A DNA stretch of 32,000 nucleotides from Alkalilimnicola ehrlichii MLHE-1. GTDB taxonomy: Bacteria; Pseudomonadota; Gammaproteobacteria; Nitrococcales; Halorhodospiraceae. Where the stretch lies: the NCBI RefSeq assembly GCF_000014785.1, contig NC_008340.1, forward strand, positions 3,243,945-3,275,944, in the 5' to 3' direction. The position numbers and the translations under genes are program-made. How positions within the stretch are numbered: position 1 is the stretch's first letter; each line of letters starts with the position of its first letter. Below, in pieces: positions 20,889 to 32,000 of this stretch. The notes beneath the pieces were generated by a model, which was given only the letters and a program-made list of their open reading frames with translations, searched no databases and was not told the origin of the DNA.

Positions 20889-21428
20889 TCAATGAGCCAT
20901 CGCGCTGGAAAGGCGAGCGAGTTTGCCGCGAACGGAACCATCGATGGTGAGGTCCCCGGCCTGGATCAGCGCGCCGCCGATCAGGGCCTCGTCAGTGCGG
21001 CAATGGAGACGGACCTTGCGGCCCAGCCGCTTCTTCAGCGCGCCCGCGATCTGGTCCTGCTGCTCCTTGGTGAGTTTGCTGGCGGATGTCACCTGGACGT
21101 CCACCACACCCTCGGCCTCTGCGCGCAGGTGTTCGTATAGCGCGGCGATTTCCGGAAGCAGGCCAAGCCGACCATTATCGGCCAGCAACTGGACCAGGTT
21201 CTTGCCCTCTTGGCCCAGGGTGTCCTCACCAACCGCGTCCAGGAGCAGACCGATGAGCTGTTCGCGGGAGACCCGCGGGTTGCCCACCAGCGCTGCCACT
21301 TGATCGTCGGCGGCGACCGTGCCCAGTGCCTGGAGGCGCTTGGACCAGGTGTTACGGGTCTTGGCGTCCTTGGTCAGTTCGAAAACCGCCTTGGCGTAAG
21401 GTCTTGCCAGTGTGGTCTGCTCGGCCAT
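20889..21428 (-). CDS. atpH: ATP synthase F1 subunit delta
   Basis: [32 protein letters not shown]... C-terminal '[36 protein letters not shown]'. Confidence 0.97.
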   Translation of the reverse strand: MAEQTTLARPYAKAVFELTKDAKTRNTWSKRLQALGTVAADDQVAALVGNPRVSREQLIGLLLDAVGEDTLGQEGKNLVQLLADNGRLGLLPEIAALYEHLRAEAEGVVDVQVTSASKLTKEQQDQIAGALKKRLGRKVRLHCRTDEALIGGALIQAGDLTIDGSVRGKLARLSSAMAH

Positions 21429-21440
21429 GCTGACTCCGCT

Positions 21441-21911
21441 TTAAAGCTGCTTCACCAGATCGTCGATGAGGTCCTTGTGGGCCTTGGCGTCGATCTCGCG
21501 CTTGAGGATCCGGCTACTGCCAGCCACGGCCAGGTTCACCACTTCCTTGCGCAGGGCGTCGCGGGCCTGGGAGATCTCGGTATCGATCTCGCTGCGCGCC
21601 TGGGCCAGCACCCGTTCCGCCTCCTGACGGGCCTCCTCACGGGCCTGCTCGACCAGTTCACTCTGGCGCTTGTTCGCCTGAGCGATGACCTGGCTGGCCT
21701 GCTCGCGGGCCTCCCGGAGCATCTTGTCGACCTCGGACTTGGCCTGGTCGAGCTCCTTCTGGCCGCGCTCGCCGGCCGCAAGCCCATCAGCGATCTGCTT
21801 CTGGCGGTCGGCCATGGCCGTCTGGATCGGCGGCCAAACGTATTTCATCGTGAACCAGACGAACAGTGCGAAACTGATCATCGGGCCCCAGAAAGTGGCA
21901 CCAAAGTTCAC
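21441..21911 (-). CDS. atpF: ATP synthase F0 subunit b
   Basis: [44 protein letters not shown]... single TM plus long coiled coil. Confidence 0.98.
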   Translation of the reverse strand: MNFGATFWGPMISFALFVWFTMKYVWPPIQTAMADRQKQIADGLAAGERGQKELDQAKSEVDKMLREAREQASQVIAQANKRQSELVEQAREEARQEAERVLAQARSEIDTEISQARDALRKEVVNLAVAGSSRILKREIDAKAHKDLIDDLVKQL

Positions 21912-21962
21912 GCTGTCACCTCCTCCGTTTTGGGCGTCAGAAGCAGGGTTGCAGGGGCTGAA

Positions 21963-22283
<321 letters not shown>

Positions 22284-22357
22284 TTAAAGGTTGTCTTTGG
22301 GCGCCCCGCGGGACTCAGGACGGTACGCCCCTGACTCGGTTAATCGAGGCCGCGGCC

Positions 22358-23562
<1,205 letters not shown>

Positions 23563-23619
23563 GGGACCGTACCCGCCGATTCGTATTCTGGATGCAGGCC
23601 AGTGTTGCCAGGTCGGCGG

Positions 23620-23648
23620 AGTATATCGGTGCTGCCCCCCTCGGTCAA
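23620..23648 (-). promoter_or_regulatory. Candidate sigma70 promoter of the atp operon
   Basis: Minus strand TTGACC (23643-23648), 17-nt spacer, TATACT (23620-23625); -10 lies 57 nt upstream of the atpI start. Confidence 0.7.
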
Positions 23649-23714
23649 ACGATGCACGGCGCCAAGCGCCGGATTACAGGAATAATTAAAACTAAGGGTA
23701 TTGTAGCGGCAATT

Positions 23715-24578
23715 TCAGCGGATGCGGTCAAGAATCCCGTCCAACTCATCCAGGCTGCTGTACTGGATCACCACCTTGCCGCGGCCGCGGACACCCTGCT
23801 GAATGCGGACCGGTGCGCCGAGGCGGCGGGTGAGGTCGTCCTGGAGGCGCCGGACGTCCGGGTCCTCCCGAGGTGGTTCACGGGTCTGATCGGCCTCTTC
23901 CTGCAGGCGGCGGACCAGGGCCTCGGTCTGGCGCACCGAAAGCCCGCGCTCGGCCACCTGGCCCGCCGCGCGCGTCTGGATATCCCCCTTCAGGGCGGCG
24001 AGGGCGCGGGCATGCCCCATCTCCAGTCGGCCCTCGCCAATCAGGGCCTTGACCGGCTCGTTGAGCTCGAGCAGGCGCAGAAGGTTGGTGACCGCAGCGC
24101 GGGAGCGCCCCACCGCCTCCGCGACCGCCTGGTGGGTCAGACCGAATTCGTGGACCAGGCGCTGCAACGCGGTGGCGGCCTCAAGCGGATTGAGATCCTC
24201 ACGCTGCAGATTCTCAATGAGGGCCACGGCCACGGCGGCCTCGTCGGGGATGTCGCGCACGATGGCCGGGACGGTCTCCAGCCCGGCAAGCTGGGCGGCG
24301 CGCCAACGCCGCTCGCCGGCGACGATCTCCCAGCGCTGCTCGGCCAGCGGCCGCACCACCAGTGGCTGCACCACGCCCTGGGCCTGGATGGAGTCCGCCA
24401 GCTCCTGCAGGGCGGCGGGGTCAAAGGCGGTGCGCGGCTGGTAGCGGCCCCGCTCCAGGCAGTCCAAAGGCAGGTCGCGCAGTTCCGCGCTGGCCCGCCC
24501 GGCCTCACCGGCGTCGTCTTCGGGCAATCCCAGCAGGGCATCCAGGCCCCGGCCCAGCCCTCGTTTCTTGGCACCCAT
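23715..24578 (-). CDS. parB: Chromosome-partitioning protein ParB
   Basis: MGAKKRGLGRGLDALLG..., 'ELRDLPLDCLERGRYQPR', 'QPLVVRPLAEQRWEIVAGERRWRAAQLAG', HTH 'GLTHQAVAEAVGRSRAAVTNLLRLL'. Confidence 0.98.
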   Translation of the reverse strand: MGAKKRGLGRGLDALLGLPEDDAGEAGRASAELRDLPLDCLERGRYQPRTAFDPAALQELADSIQAQGVVQPLVVRPLAEQRWEIVAGERRWRAAQLAGLETVPAIVRDIPDEAAVAVALIENLQREDLNPLEAATALQRLVHEFGLTHQAVAEAVGRSRAAVTNLLRLLELNEPVKALIGEGRLEMGHARALAALKGDIQTRAAGQVAERGLSVRQTEALVRRLQEEADQTREPPREDPDVRRLQDDLTRRLGAPVRIQQGVRGRGKVVIQYSSLDELDGILDRIR

Positions 24579-24583
24579 GGTGG

Positions 24584-25417
24584 TTAGTGTCCCGTCCCGG
24601 AAGTACGTTGCAGTCCGTCGCCGCCCTGGGCCACGGTGGGCACGGGCCCGGCACTACGGTGGCGGCGGACCAGTTCGCTGGCCAGTGCCATATAGGCCAA
24701 GGCACCGCGCGAGGAGCGATCATAATGCAAGGCGGGCAGGCCGTGGGAGGGGGCCTCGGCGAGCCGCACGTTGCGCGGAATCAGGGTCCGGTAGACCTGG
24801 TCGTCGAAATGGCTGCGCAACTGCGCCCCCACCTGGTTGGCCAAATTGTTGCGCGGATCGAACATGGTGCGGAGCAGGCCGTCGATACTCAGGTCGCGGT
24901 TGGCGGAGGCCTGGATCCGGCGGATGGTATCCAGCAGCGCCGTCAGCCCCTCCAGGGCGTAATACTCGCACTGGATGGGGATGAGCACACCGTCCGCCGC
25001 CACCAGCGCATTCACGGTCAGGATGTTTAGTGACGGGGGGCAATCGATCAGGATGTAATCATACTCCCCGACGACGGCGGCCAGCGCTCGGCGCAGGTAC
25101 TGCTCGCGTTGCTCGGACTCCATCAGCGCCACTTCGGCGGCGGTCAGGTCGCCGTTGCCGGGGAGCAGATCAAAGCCGGTCTCCTTCAGCCGCATCCGGC
25201 AGTCGGCCAGCGGGCGTTCGCCCAGCAGGGCATCGTAGCCGACGCCGCCCTCGCGGTTCTTGTCGACACCGCACCCCACCGTGGCGTTGCCCTGGGGATC
25301 GAGATCGACCAGGAGGACGCGCTGTTTGTTGGCGGCCAGGGAGGCCGCCAGATTGACACAGGTGGTGGTCTTGCCCACCCCGCCCTTCTGGTTGGCTACC
25401 GCAATGATGCGTGTCAT
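24584..25417 (-). CDS. parA: Chromosome-partitioning ATPase ParA (Soj)
   Basis: MTRIIAVANQKGGVGKTTTCVNLAASLAANKQRVLLVDLDPQGNAT..., 'YDYILIDCPPSLNILTVNALVAADGVLIPIQCEYYALEGL'. Confidence 0.98.
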   Translation of the reverse strand: MTRIIAVANQKGGVGKTTTCVNLAASLAANKQRVLLVDLDPQGNATVGCGVDKNREGGVGYDALLGERPLADCRMRLKETGFDLLPGNGDLTAAEVALMESEQREQYLRRALAAVVGEYDYILIDCPPSLNILTVNALVAADGVLIPIQCEYYALEGLTALLDTIRRIQASANRDLSIDGLLRTMFDPRNNLANQVGAQLRSHFDDQVYRTLIPRNVRLAEAPSHGLPALHYDRSSRGALAYMALASELVRRHRSAGPVPTVAQGGDGLQRTSGTGH

Positions 25418-26076
25418 GGATTCGCTTCCTCAGTGGCTGACACCGCCGGGGCGGTCCAGGTCAGCAGATGGCGCTGCCCGGCGACGCCGGGGACATCCAG
25501 GGCCGTCAGGGTACAGCCGCGCAGGGAGCGCGGCAGCGCCGCCAGTTCCTCTTCGGGCAGCCGCCCCTTCATCGCCAGCACCCGACCACCGGCCCGGCAC
25601 AGGCGCAGGGCCTCGGGGACATAGCCGGACAGCGCGGCAAAGGCACGGCTGACCACGGTATCGAAGGGTTGGCCAGGCCGGTAATCCGCCAACCGCGCCT
25701 GGGCAAACCGCAGCCGGTGGAGGCCGAGCTCCAGGGCCACCTGCCGGGTAAAGCGCTGCTTCTTGCCATTGCTGTCCAGGAGGGTGACGGTCAGCCCGGG
25801 CCGGGCCAGGGCCAGCGGGATACCGGGCAGCCCGGCGCCGCTGCCGACATCCAGCAGTGAATCGCCCTCAACGTACGGCAGGATGCTCAAGCTGTCCAGC
25901 AGGTGGCGGTGCAGCATCTCCCCGGGGTCGCGAATGGCGGAGAGGTTGTAGGCCCGGTTCCAGCGTTCGAGCAGGCGCAGATAGGTGATCAGCGCCTCGG
26001 CGGCACCCTCGGGGAGCGTCAGGCCCAAACGCTCCACACCGGTGTGGAGGGCCGGGAGCAACGGGTCGCCGGCCAT
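25414..26076 (-). CDS. rsmG: 16S rRNA (guanine-N7) methyltransferase RsmG (GidB)
   Basis: 'LERWNRAYNLSAIRDPGEMLHRHLLDSLSILPY', 'LLDVGSGAGLPGIPLALARP', 'VVSRAFAAL'; 4-bp overlap with the parA start. Confidence 0.96.
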   Translation of the reverse strand: MAGDPLLPALHTGVERLGLTLPEGAAEALITYLRLLERWNRAYNLSAIRDPGEMLHRHLLDSLSILPYVEGDSLLDVGSGAGLPGIPLALARPGLTVTLLDSNGKKQRFTRQVALELGLHRLRFAQARLADYRPGQPFDTVVSRAFAALSGYVPEALRLCRAGGRVLAMKGRLPEEELAALPRSLRGCTLTALDVPGVAGQRHLLTWTAPAVSATEEANP

Positions 26077-27966
<1,890 letters not shown>

Positions 27967-28020
27967 GGGAAATCAGGGCGTGGTTGCGGACAGGCTGCAA
28001 TTATCACGCCGGCGGCTGCT

Positions 28021-28043
28021 CCGGTTCAACCGCTGTGAACCGG
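28021..28043. other. Hairpin CCGGTTCA-N7-TGAACCGG upstream of mnmG
   Basis: Perfect 8-bp inverted repeat, 55 nt from the mnmG start codon. Confidence 0.35.
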
Positions 28044-28062
28044 AGGCGTTCTTGTGGCCGGC

Positions 28063-28244
28063 AGGGCCGAGGGCCCGGTCCGCTCGGGGCTCCAATGGCG
28101 CACGCCTTCGGGGTGCCCTGCGCTACTCGGGAAAAATCGGCGCGCGTGAACTCGCTTCGCTCGAACAGGCACGCGCTTTTCCCGATTTTTCCCTGCGTTG
28201 CTCGGTGCGCCAAAGTCGCCCCGAGGGTACCTCGCCCCCGGCCC
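28063..28244. repeat. Intergenic composite palindromic element, long member B
   Basis: Core 28091-28217 matches 11061-11187 at 121/127 positions without gaps. Flanking arms 28064-28090 / 28218-28244 are inverted: 8 perfect bp next to the core (CTCGGGGC/GCCCCGAG), then imperfect, about 22 matches in 27. Confidence 0.92.
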
Positions 28245-28273
28245 CACGAACCTAGCGCGTGCCTGTCGGCCAG

Positions 28274-29608
28274 TTACTTGCCAATGCAGAAGCTGCTGAA
28301 GATCTCGCCGAGCAGGTCCTCGCTGGTGAATTCCCCGGTGATCTCACCCAGGTTATGTTGCACCAGGCGCAACTCCTCTGCCGCGATCTCCCCGGCCATT
28401 TCCTCGACCAGCGCCCGGCGCGCCAGGGCCAGGTGGTCTGCCGCCCGCGCCAGCGCATCCAGATGCCGGCGGCGGGCGGAAAAGTGGCTGCCCGCCTCGC
28501 CGTAGCCCATGACCGACTTCAGGTGGTCACGCAGTGCCGGCAGACCGACCCCGGTCAGGGCGCTGACCGCGATAGCCACCTCATCGCCCGCCCGGCGCGG
28601 GCCCGGTGCCTCGTCGCTCAGGTCCACCTTGTTATATACCCGGGTCAGCGGGATATCCCCCGGCAGGGCCAGCGCCGCGGGGTCGATCGGCGGCTCACGA
28701 ATATCTTGGATCAACAGCACGCGGTCCGCCTCGGCCATTGCGGCACGGGCGCGGCGGATACCCTCGGCCTCGATGCGGTCGGGGTCGTCGCGAAGGCCGG
28801 CGGTATCAATGACGTGCAGCGGCATGCCGTCGATATGCAGGTGCTCGCGCAACAGATCGCGGGTGGTACCGGGCACCTCGGTAACGATGGCGCTGTCGTC
28901 TTCGGTGAGGGCGTTGAGCAGGCTGGATTTGCCGGCATTCGGTGGGCCGGCCAGGACCACCTGCATCCCGTCGCGCAGCACCCGCCCTTGCCCGGCTTTA
29001 TCGCGCAGGGCCTGGAGCTGATCGATCAAGGCACCGATCTGGCCGGCCACCGCCTCGTCGGCGAGGAAATCGATCTCCTCGTCACTGAAATCGATGGCCG
29101 CCTCCACCTGTACCCGCAGGCGGGTGACACGCGCCACCAGCTCGCGCACGGCGTCGCCGAAGGCCCCTTCCAGGCTGCGCAGTGCGGCTTGCGCACTGGC
29201 CTCACTGTCGGCGGCGATCAGATCGGCGATGGCCTCTGCCTGGGTCAGGTCCATCCGACCGTTGAGAAAGGCCCGCTCGGAGAACTCACCGGGGCGGGCC
29301 GGGTGGGCGCCCAGGGCATGGAGGCGACGCAGCAGCCGGTCCACCACCACTTCACCGCCGTGACCCTGCAGCTCCAGCACGTCCTCGCCGGTGAAACTGC
29401 GGGGGGCGGGAAAGTAAAGCATCAACCCCTCATCGAGGGTGTCGCCGCCGGCGTCGCAGAAGCGGGCCAGGACGGCGCGGCGCGGTTCCGGCAGCCGGCC
29501 GGCCAGGGCCCGGGCGATGGCCGGGACCGCCGGCCCGGAGACCCGGATCACTGCCACGCCGCCCCGTCCGGGCGGCGTGGCCAGTGCGCAGATGGTGGTC
29601 CGCGCCAT
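28274..29608 (-). CDS. mnmE: tRNA uridine-5-carboxymethylaminomethyl GTPase MnmE (TrmE)
   Basis: Start MARTTICALATPPGRGGVAVIRVSG; 'GPPNAGKSSLLNAL', 'IVTEVPGTTRDLL', C-terminal 'LLGEIFSSFCIGK'. The provided ORF has an N-terminal extension. Confidence 0.98.
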   Translation of the reverse strand: MARTTICALATPPGRGGVAVIRVSGPAVPAIARALAGRLPEPRRAVLARFCDAGGDTLDEGLMLYFPAPRSFTGEDVLELQGHGGEVVVDRLLRRLHALGAHPARPGEFSERAFLNGRMDLTQAEAIADLIAADSEASAQAALRSLEGAFGDAVRELVARVTRLRVQVEAAIDFSDEEIDFLADEAVAGQIGALIDQLQALRDKAGQGRVLRDGMQVVLAGPPNAGKSSLLNALTEDDSAIVTEVPGTTRDLLREHLHIDGMPLHVIDTAGLRDDPDRIEAEGIRRARAAMAEADRVLLIQDIREPPIDPAALALPGDIPLTRVYNKVDLSDEAPGPRRAGDEVAIAVSALTGVGLPALRDHLKSVMGYGEAGSHFSARRRHLDALARAADHLALARRALVEEMAGEIAAEELRLVQHNLGEITGEFTSEDLLGEIFSSFCIGK

Positions 29609-29612
29609 CGGT

Positions 29613-31301
29613 TCAGTCTTTCTTCTTCTGGTCCTTGTCCGCCTTGCCCGACTTCGCCGCCTTGCCGGCCTCAATAGCCTCCAGGTTGCGCATGATGTAC
29701 CACTGCTGGGCGATGGACAGACCGTTGTTGACCAGCCAATAGAGCACTAGACCGGCCGGGAAGAGCATGAAGAAGCCGGTGAAGACGATGGGCAGGGCCA
29801 TCATGATGCGCTGCTGGATCGGGTCCAGGGGCGCTGGGTTGAGTCGCTGCTGCAGGAACATGGTCGCGCCCATGAGCAGCGGCAACACGAAGTAGGGGTC
29901 CCGCGAAGAGAGGTCCTGGATCCAAAGCATGAACGGCGCATGGCGCAGTTCCACCGACTCCAGCAGCACCCAGTAGAGGGCGATGAAGACCGGGATCTGC
30001 ACCAGGATCGGCAGGCAGCCACCCAGCGGGTTGATCTTCTCCTTTTTATAGAGCTCCATCATCGCCTGGTTGAGCGCCTGCTTGTCATCGCCGTGGCGCT
30101 CCTTGAGCTGCTGCATCCGGGGCTGCACCCGGCGCATCTTGGCCATGGAGCGGTAGCTGGTGGCCGACAGCTTGTAGAAGGCGAGTTTGATCAACAGGGT
30201 TACCAGGATGATCGCCACACCCCAGTTACCGACGATGTCCTGGATATTGTCCAGGAGCCAGAACAGCGGCTTGGCGAGGACGGTGAGGAAACCGTAATCA
30301 ACGCTCAGGGTCATGCTGTCATGGAGCTCGCGCAGACGATCCTGCTCCTTGGGCCCAACGAACAGGCGATTGACGAACTCCGCCTCGCCGCCCGGCTGCA
30401 CGGTCTGGCGCCCGGAACTCATGCCCAGCACGTACTCGTTCCCGGCCTGCGCCCGGGTGTAGTAGCGTAGCGCCTGGCTCTCCGGGGGGATCCACGCCCC
30501 TAGGAAATAGTGCTGGATCATGGCCGCCCAACCGTCCCGGATGTCGCGGGAGAGGCTGGTGTCGTCCATGTCGTCGAAGCTGATCTTCTCGAACCGATCG
30601 TCCGGGCTGTAGATGGACCCGCCGGTGAAGGTATAGATGTACCAGGGGGTGGTGCCGGGCGGGTCGGGGTTACGACGCAGTTGGAAATAACTGTAGCCGC
30701 GCCATTCCTCGTCACCGGCGTTACGCACCTGGTGGCGCACATCAATCACATAGCTGTCCCGCTGCACGGTGTAGACCCGCGCCACCTCGATACCGCGGTT
30801 CTCATCGGCCCAGGTCAGGCGCACCTGGATCTCGTCCTCGCCCTCGCTTAGCCGGTACTCATCCCGTTCGGCCCGGAACAGCGCCCGGTGGTCGGGGCGA
30901 TTGTCGCTGTCATCGATCAGCCCGGTTTGCGCGATGAACAGCGGATCACGGTCGTCGGCCATGAGCCGGAACGGGGTGTCATCGGTGGCGGTGGTGCCGT
31001 GCTGGAGCAGGTCCACCCGGCGGATATCACCGCCGCGGGTGGAGATCTCCAGATCCATCAGGTCGGTGACCACCCGGACCCGGCGCTCGTCCTCCACCTC
31101 GGCCCGGTCGCGGGCCGGCGTCTCGCCATCCGCCGGGTCCGGGGCCTCGTCCGGCGTCTCGGCCGGTGCCGGGACGTCGTCCTCCGCCTCAACCACCTCC
31201 TCGGTGGCCACCGGCGCCCTGGTGTCCCGCTCCCAACTGGTCCAGAGCAGCAGACCGAGGATCGAAAGGGCCAGAAAGAGGAATATGCGCTGGTTTTCCA
31301 T
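29613..31301 (-). CDS. yidC: Membrane protein insertase YidC
   Basis: [26 protein letters not shown]..., '[99 protein letters not shown]'. Confidence 0.99.
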   Translation of the reverse strand: MENQRIFLFLALSILGLLLWTSWERDTRAPVATEEVVEAEDDVPAPAETPDEAPDPADGETPARDRAEVEDERRVRVVTDLMDLEISTRGGDIRRVDLLQHGTTATDDTPFRLMADDRDPLFIAQTGLIDDSDNRPDHRALFRAERDEYRLSEGEDEIQVRLTWADENRGIEVARVYTVQRDSYVIDVRHQVRNAGDEEWRGYSYFQLRRNPDPPGTTPWYIYTFTGGSIYSPDDRFEKISFDDMDDTSLSRDIRDGWAAMIQHYFLGAWIPPESQALRYYTRAQAGNEYVLGMSSGRQTVQPGGEAEFVNRLFVGPKEQDRLRELHDSMTLSVDYGFLTVLAKPLFWLLDNIQDIVGNWGVAIILVTLLIKLAFYKLSATSYRSMAKMRRVQPRMQQLKERHGDDKQALNQAMMELYKKEKINPLGGCLPILVQIPVFIALYWVLLESVELRHAPFMLWIQDLSSRDPYFVLPLLMGATMFLQQRLNPAPLDPIQQRIMMALPIVFTGFFMLFPAGLVLYWLVNNGLSIAQQWYIMRNLEAIEAGKAAKSGKADKDQKKKD

Positions 31302-31372
31302 GACCGCTCACCAGGGGGTTGGGTAGGGGGACACCGATGGGTACCCGAAAGGCGGGGAGGCGAAACCGCCCC

Positions 31373-31744
31373 TTAGTGCCTGTTGCCGTCGTTCAGCCGA
31401 TCGTAGAGCCGCCCCAGGCTGCGGTGGAGCCGGGCCTTACTGGCCGTCCTCGCCGCCGGCCGCGCCAGGACCACGTAGTCTCGCTGTCCCAGCGCCGCCT
31501 GGCGTTGCCGGAAGACCTCCCGGGCGATCCGCTTGAGGCGGTTCCGGTCCACGGCACGAGGCGCGACCCTGCGGGAGATGGCCAGGCCCAGACGCGGGCC
31601 GACCTGGTCGTTGCCGCGTGCCAACACGGTGAAGTAGCGATCGGCGGCCTTCTGGGCGCCGGAAAAGACGCGCCGGTAGTCCTGGGGACGCGTTAGTCGG
31701 CGACGGCGCGGGAAGGCGCAGGGGCCATGGCCTCGGGCCGCCAC
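31373..31744 (-). CDS. rnpA: Ribonuclease P protein component
   Basis: 'FPRRRRLTRPQDYRRVFS', 'RLGLAISRRVAPRAVDRNRLKRIAREVFRQRQ'; no good internal ATG. GTG (31744) or TTG (31747) likely; the ATG at 31801 would overlap rpmH. Confidence 0.9.
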   Translation of the reverse strand: MAARGHGPCAFPRRRRLTRPQDYRRVFSGAQKAADRYFTVLARGNDQVGPRLGLAISRRVAPRAVDRNRLKRIAREVFRQRQAALGQRDYVVLARPAARTASKARLHRSLGRLYDRLNDGNRH

Positions 31745-31748
31745 CAAA

Positions 31749-31883
31749 TCAGGGACAGAGACGATGGCGACCCTTGGCGCGACGCCGCGCCAGCACGGCA
31801 CGCCCGTTCTTGGTGGCCATACGGGCCCGGAAGCCGTGGGTGCGCTTACGCTTGGTAACGCTGGGCTGGTAGGTGCGCTTCAT
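31749..31883 (-). CDS. rpmH: 50S ribosomal protein L34
   Basis: Own minus-strand translation (not in the ORF track): [44 protein letters not shown]. Confidence 0.99.
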   Translation of the reverse strand: MKRTYQPSVTKRKRTHGFRARMATKNGRAVLARRRAKGRHRLCP

Positions 31884-31930
31884 GGTGATAATCCCTAGCC
31901 GTTGTCTGTGCGGGGAAAACTAAGCCGGCA

Positions 31931-31959
31931 AATCTACTGCGCGCGCGGCCCAGTGTCAA
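31931..31959 (-). promoter_or_regulatory. Candidate sigma70 promoter of rpmH-rnpA
   Basis: Minus strand TTGACA (31954-31959), 17-nt spacer, TAGATT (31931-31936), 48 nt upstream of the rpmH ATG. Confidence 0.65.
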
Positions 31960-31990
31960 TTGCCGGTAAGCGCCCGGGGGCTTAACATGC

Positions 31991-31999
31991 TGTGGATAA
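31991..31999 (-). promoter_or_regulatory. Perfect consensus DnaA box TTATCCACA (edge of origin region)
   Basis: + strand TGTGGATAA at 31991-31999, upstream of rpmH where oriC/dnaA lies in many gammaproteobacteria. Confidence 0.75.
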
Positions 32000-32000
32000 C

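Noticed and set aside
28259-29677. 472-aa plus-strand ORF antisense to mnmE
   Set aside because: Mirror ORF over a fully conserved mnmE.

Overview
The window is a compact, GC-rich gammaproteobacterial core-genome segment next to the chromosomal replication origin. Reading the minus strand from the right edge, it carries a perfect DnaA box, then rpmH, rnpA, yidC, mnmE, mnmG, rsmG, parA, parB, the full atpIBEFHAGDC operon, glmU, a tandem UspA protein, glmS, an OxyR-type regulator and uvrD. The left part holds a DUF2782-like small protein, a LOG/TIGR00730 protein, polA, dsbB, an outer-membrane barrel-like protein, engB/ysxC, msrQ, msrP and a divergent di-haem cytochrome c peroxidase that is cut by the window edge. 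I found no CRISPR array, IS element, prophage, tRNA/rRNA gene or recognisable novel multi-gene system. The most interesting non-gene signal is a family of composite palindromic intergenic elements with three members: 11017-11231, about 28063-28244, and a shorter relative at 7378-7486. The first two share a 127-bp core at 121/127 identity. Each member is bounded by inverted arms, which are perfect over 44 bp and 40 bp in the first and third. Several dyads, sigma70-like promoters and a missing yidD at its usual place are smaller observations. The host is probably a halophilic or alkaliphilic Ectothiorhodospiraceae-like gammaproteobacterium; this is inference only.
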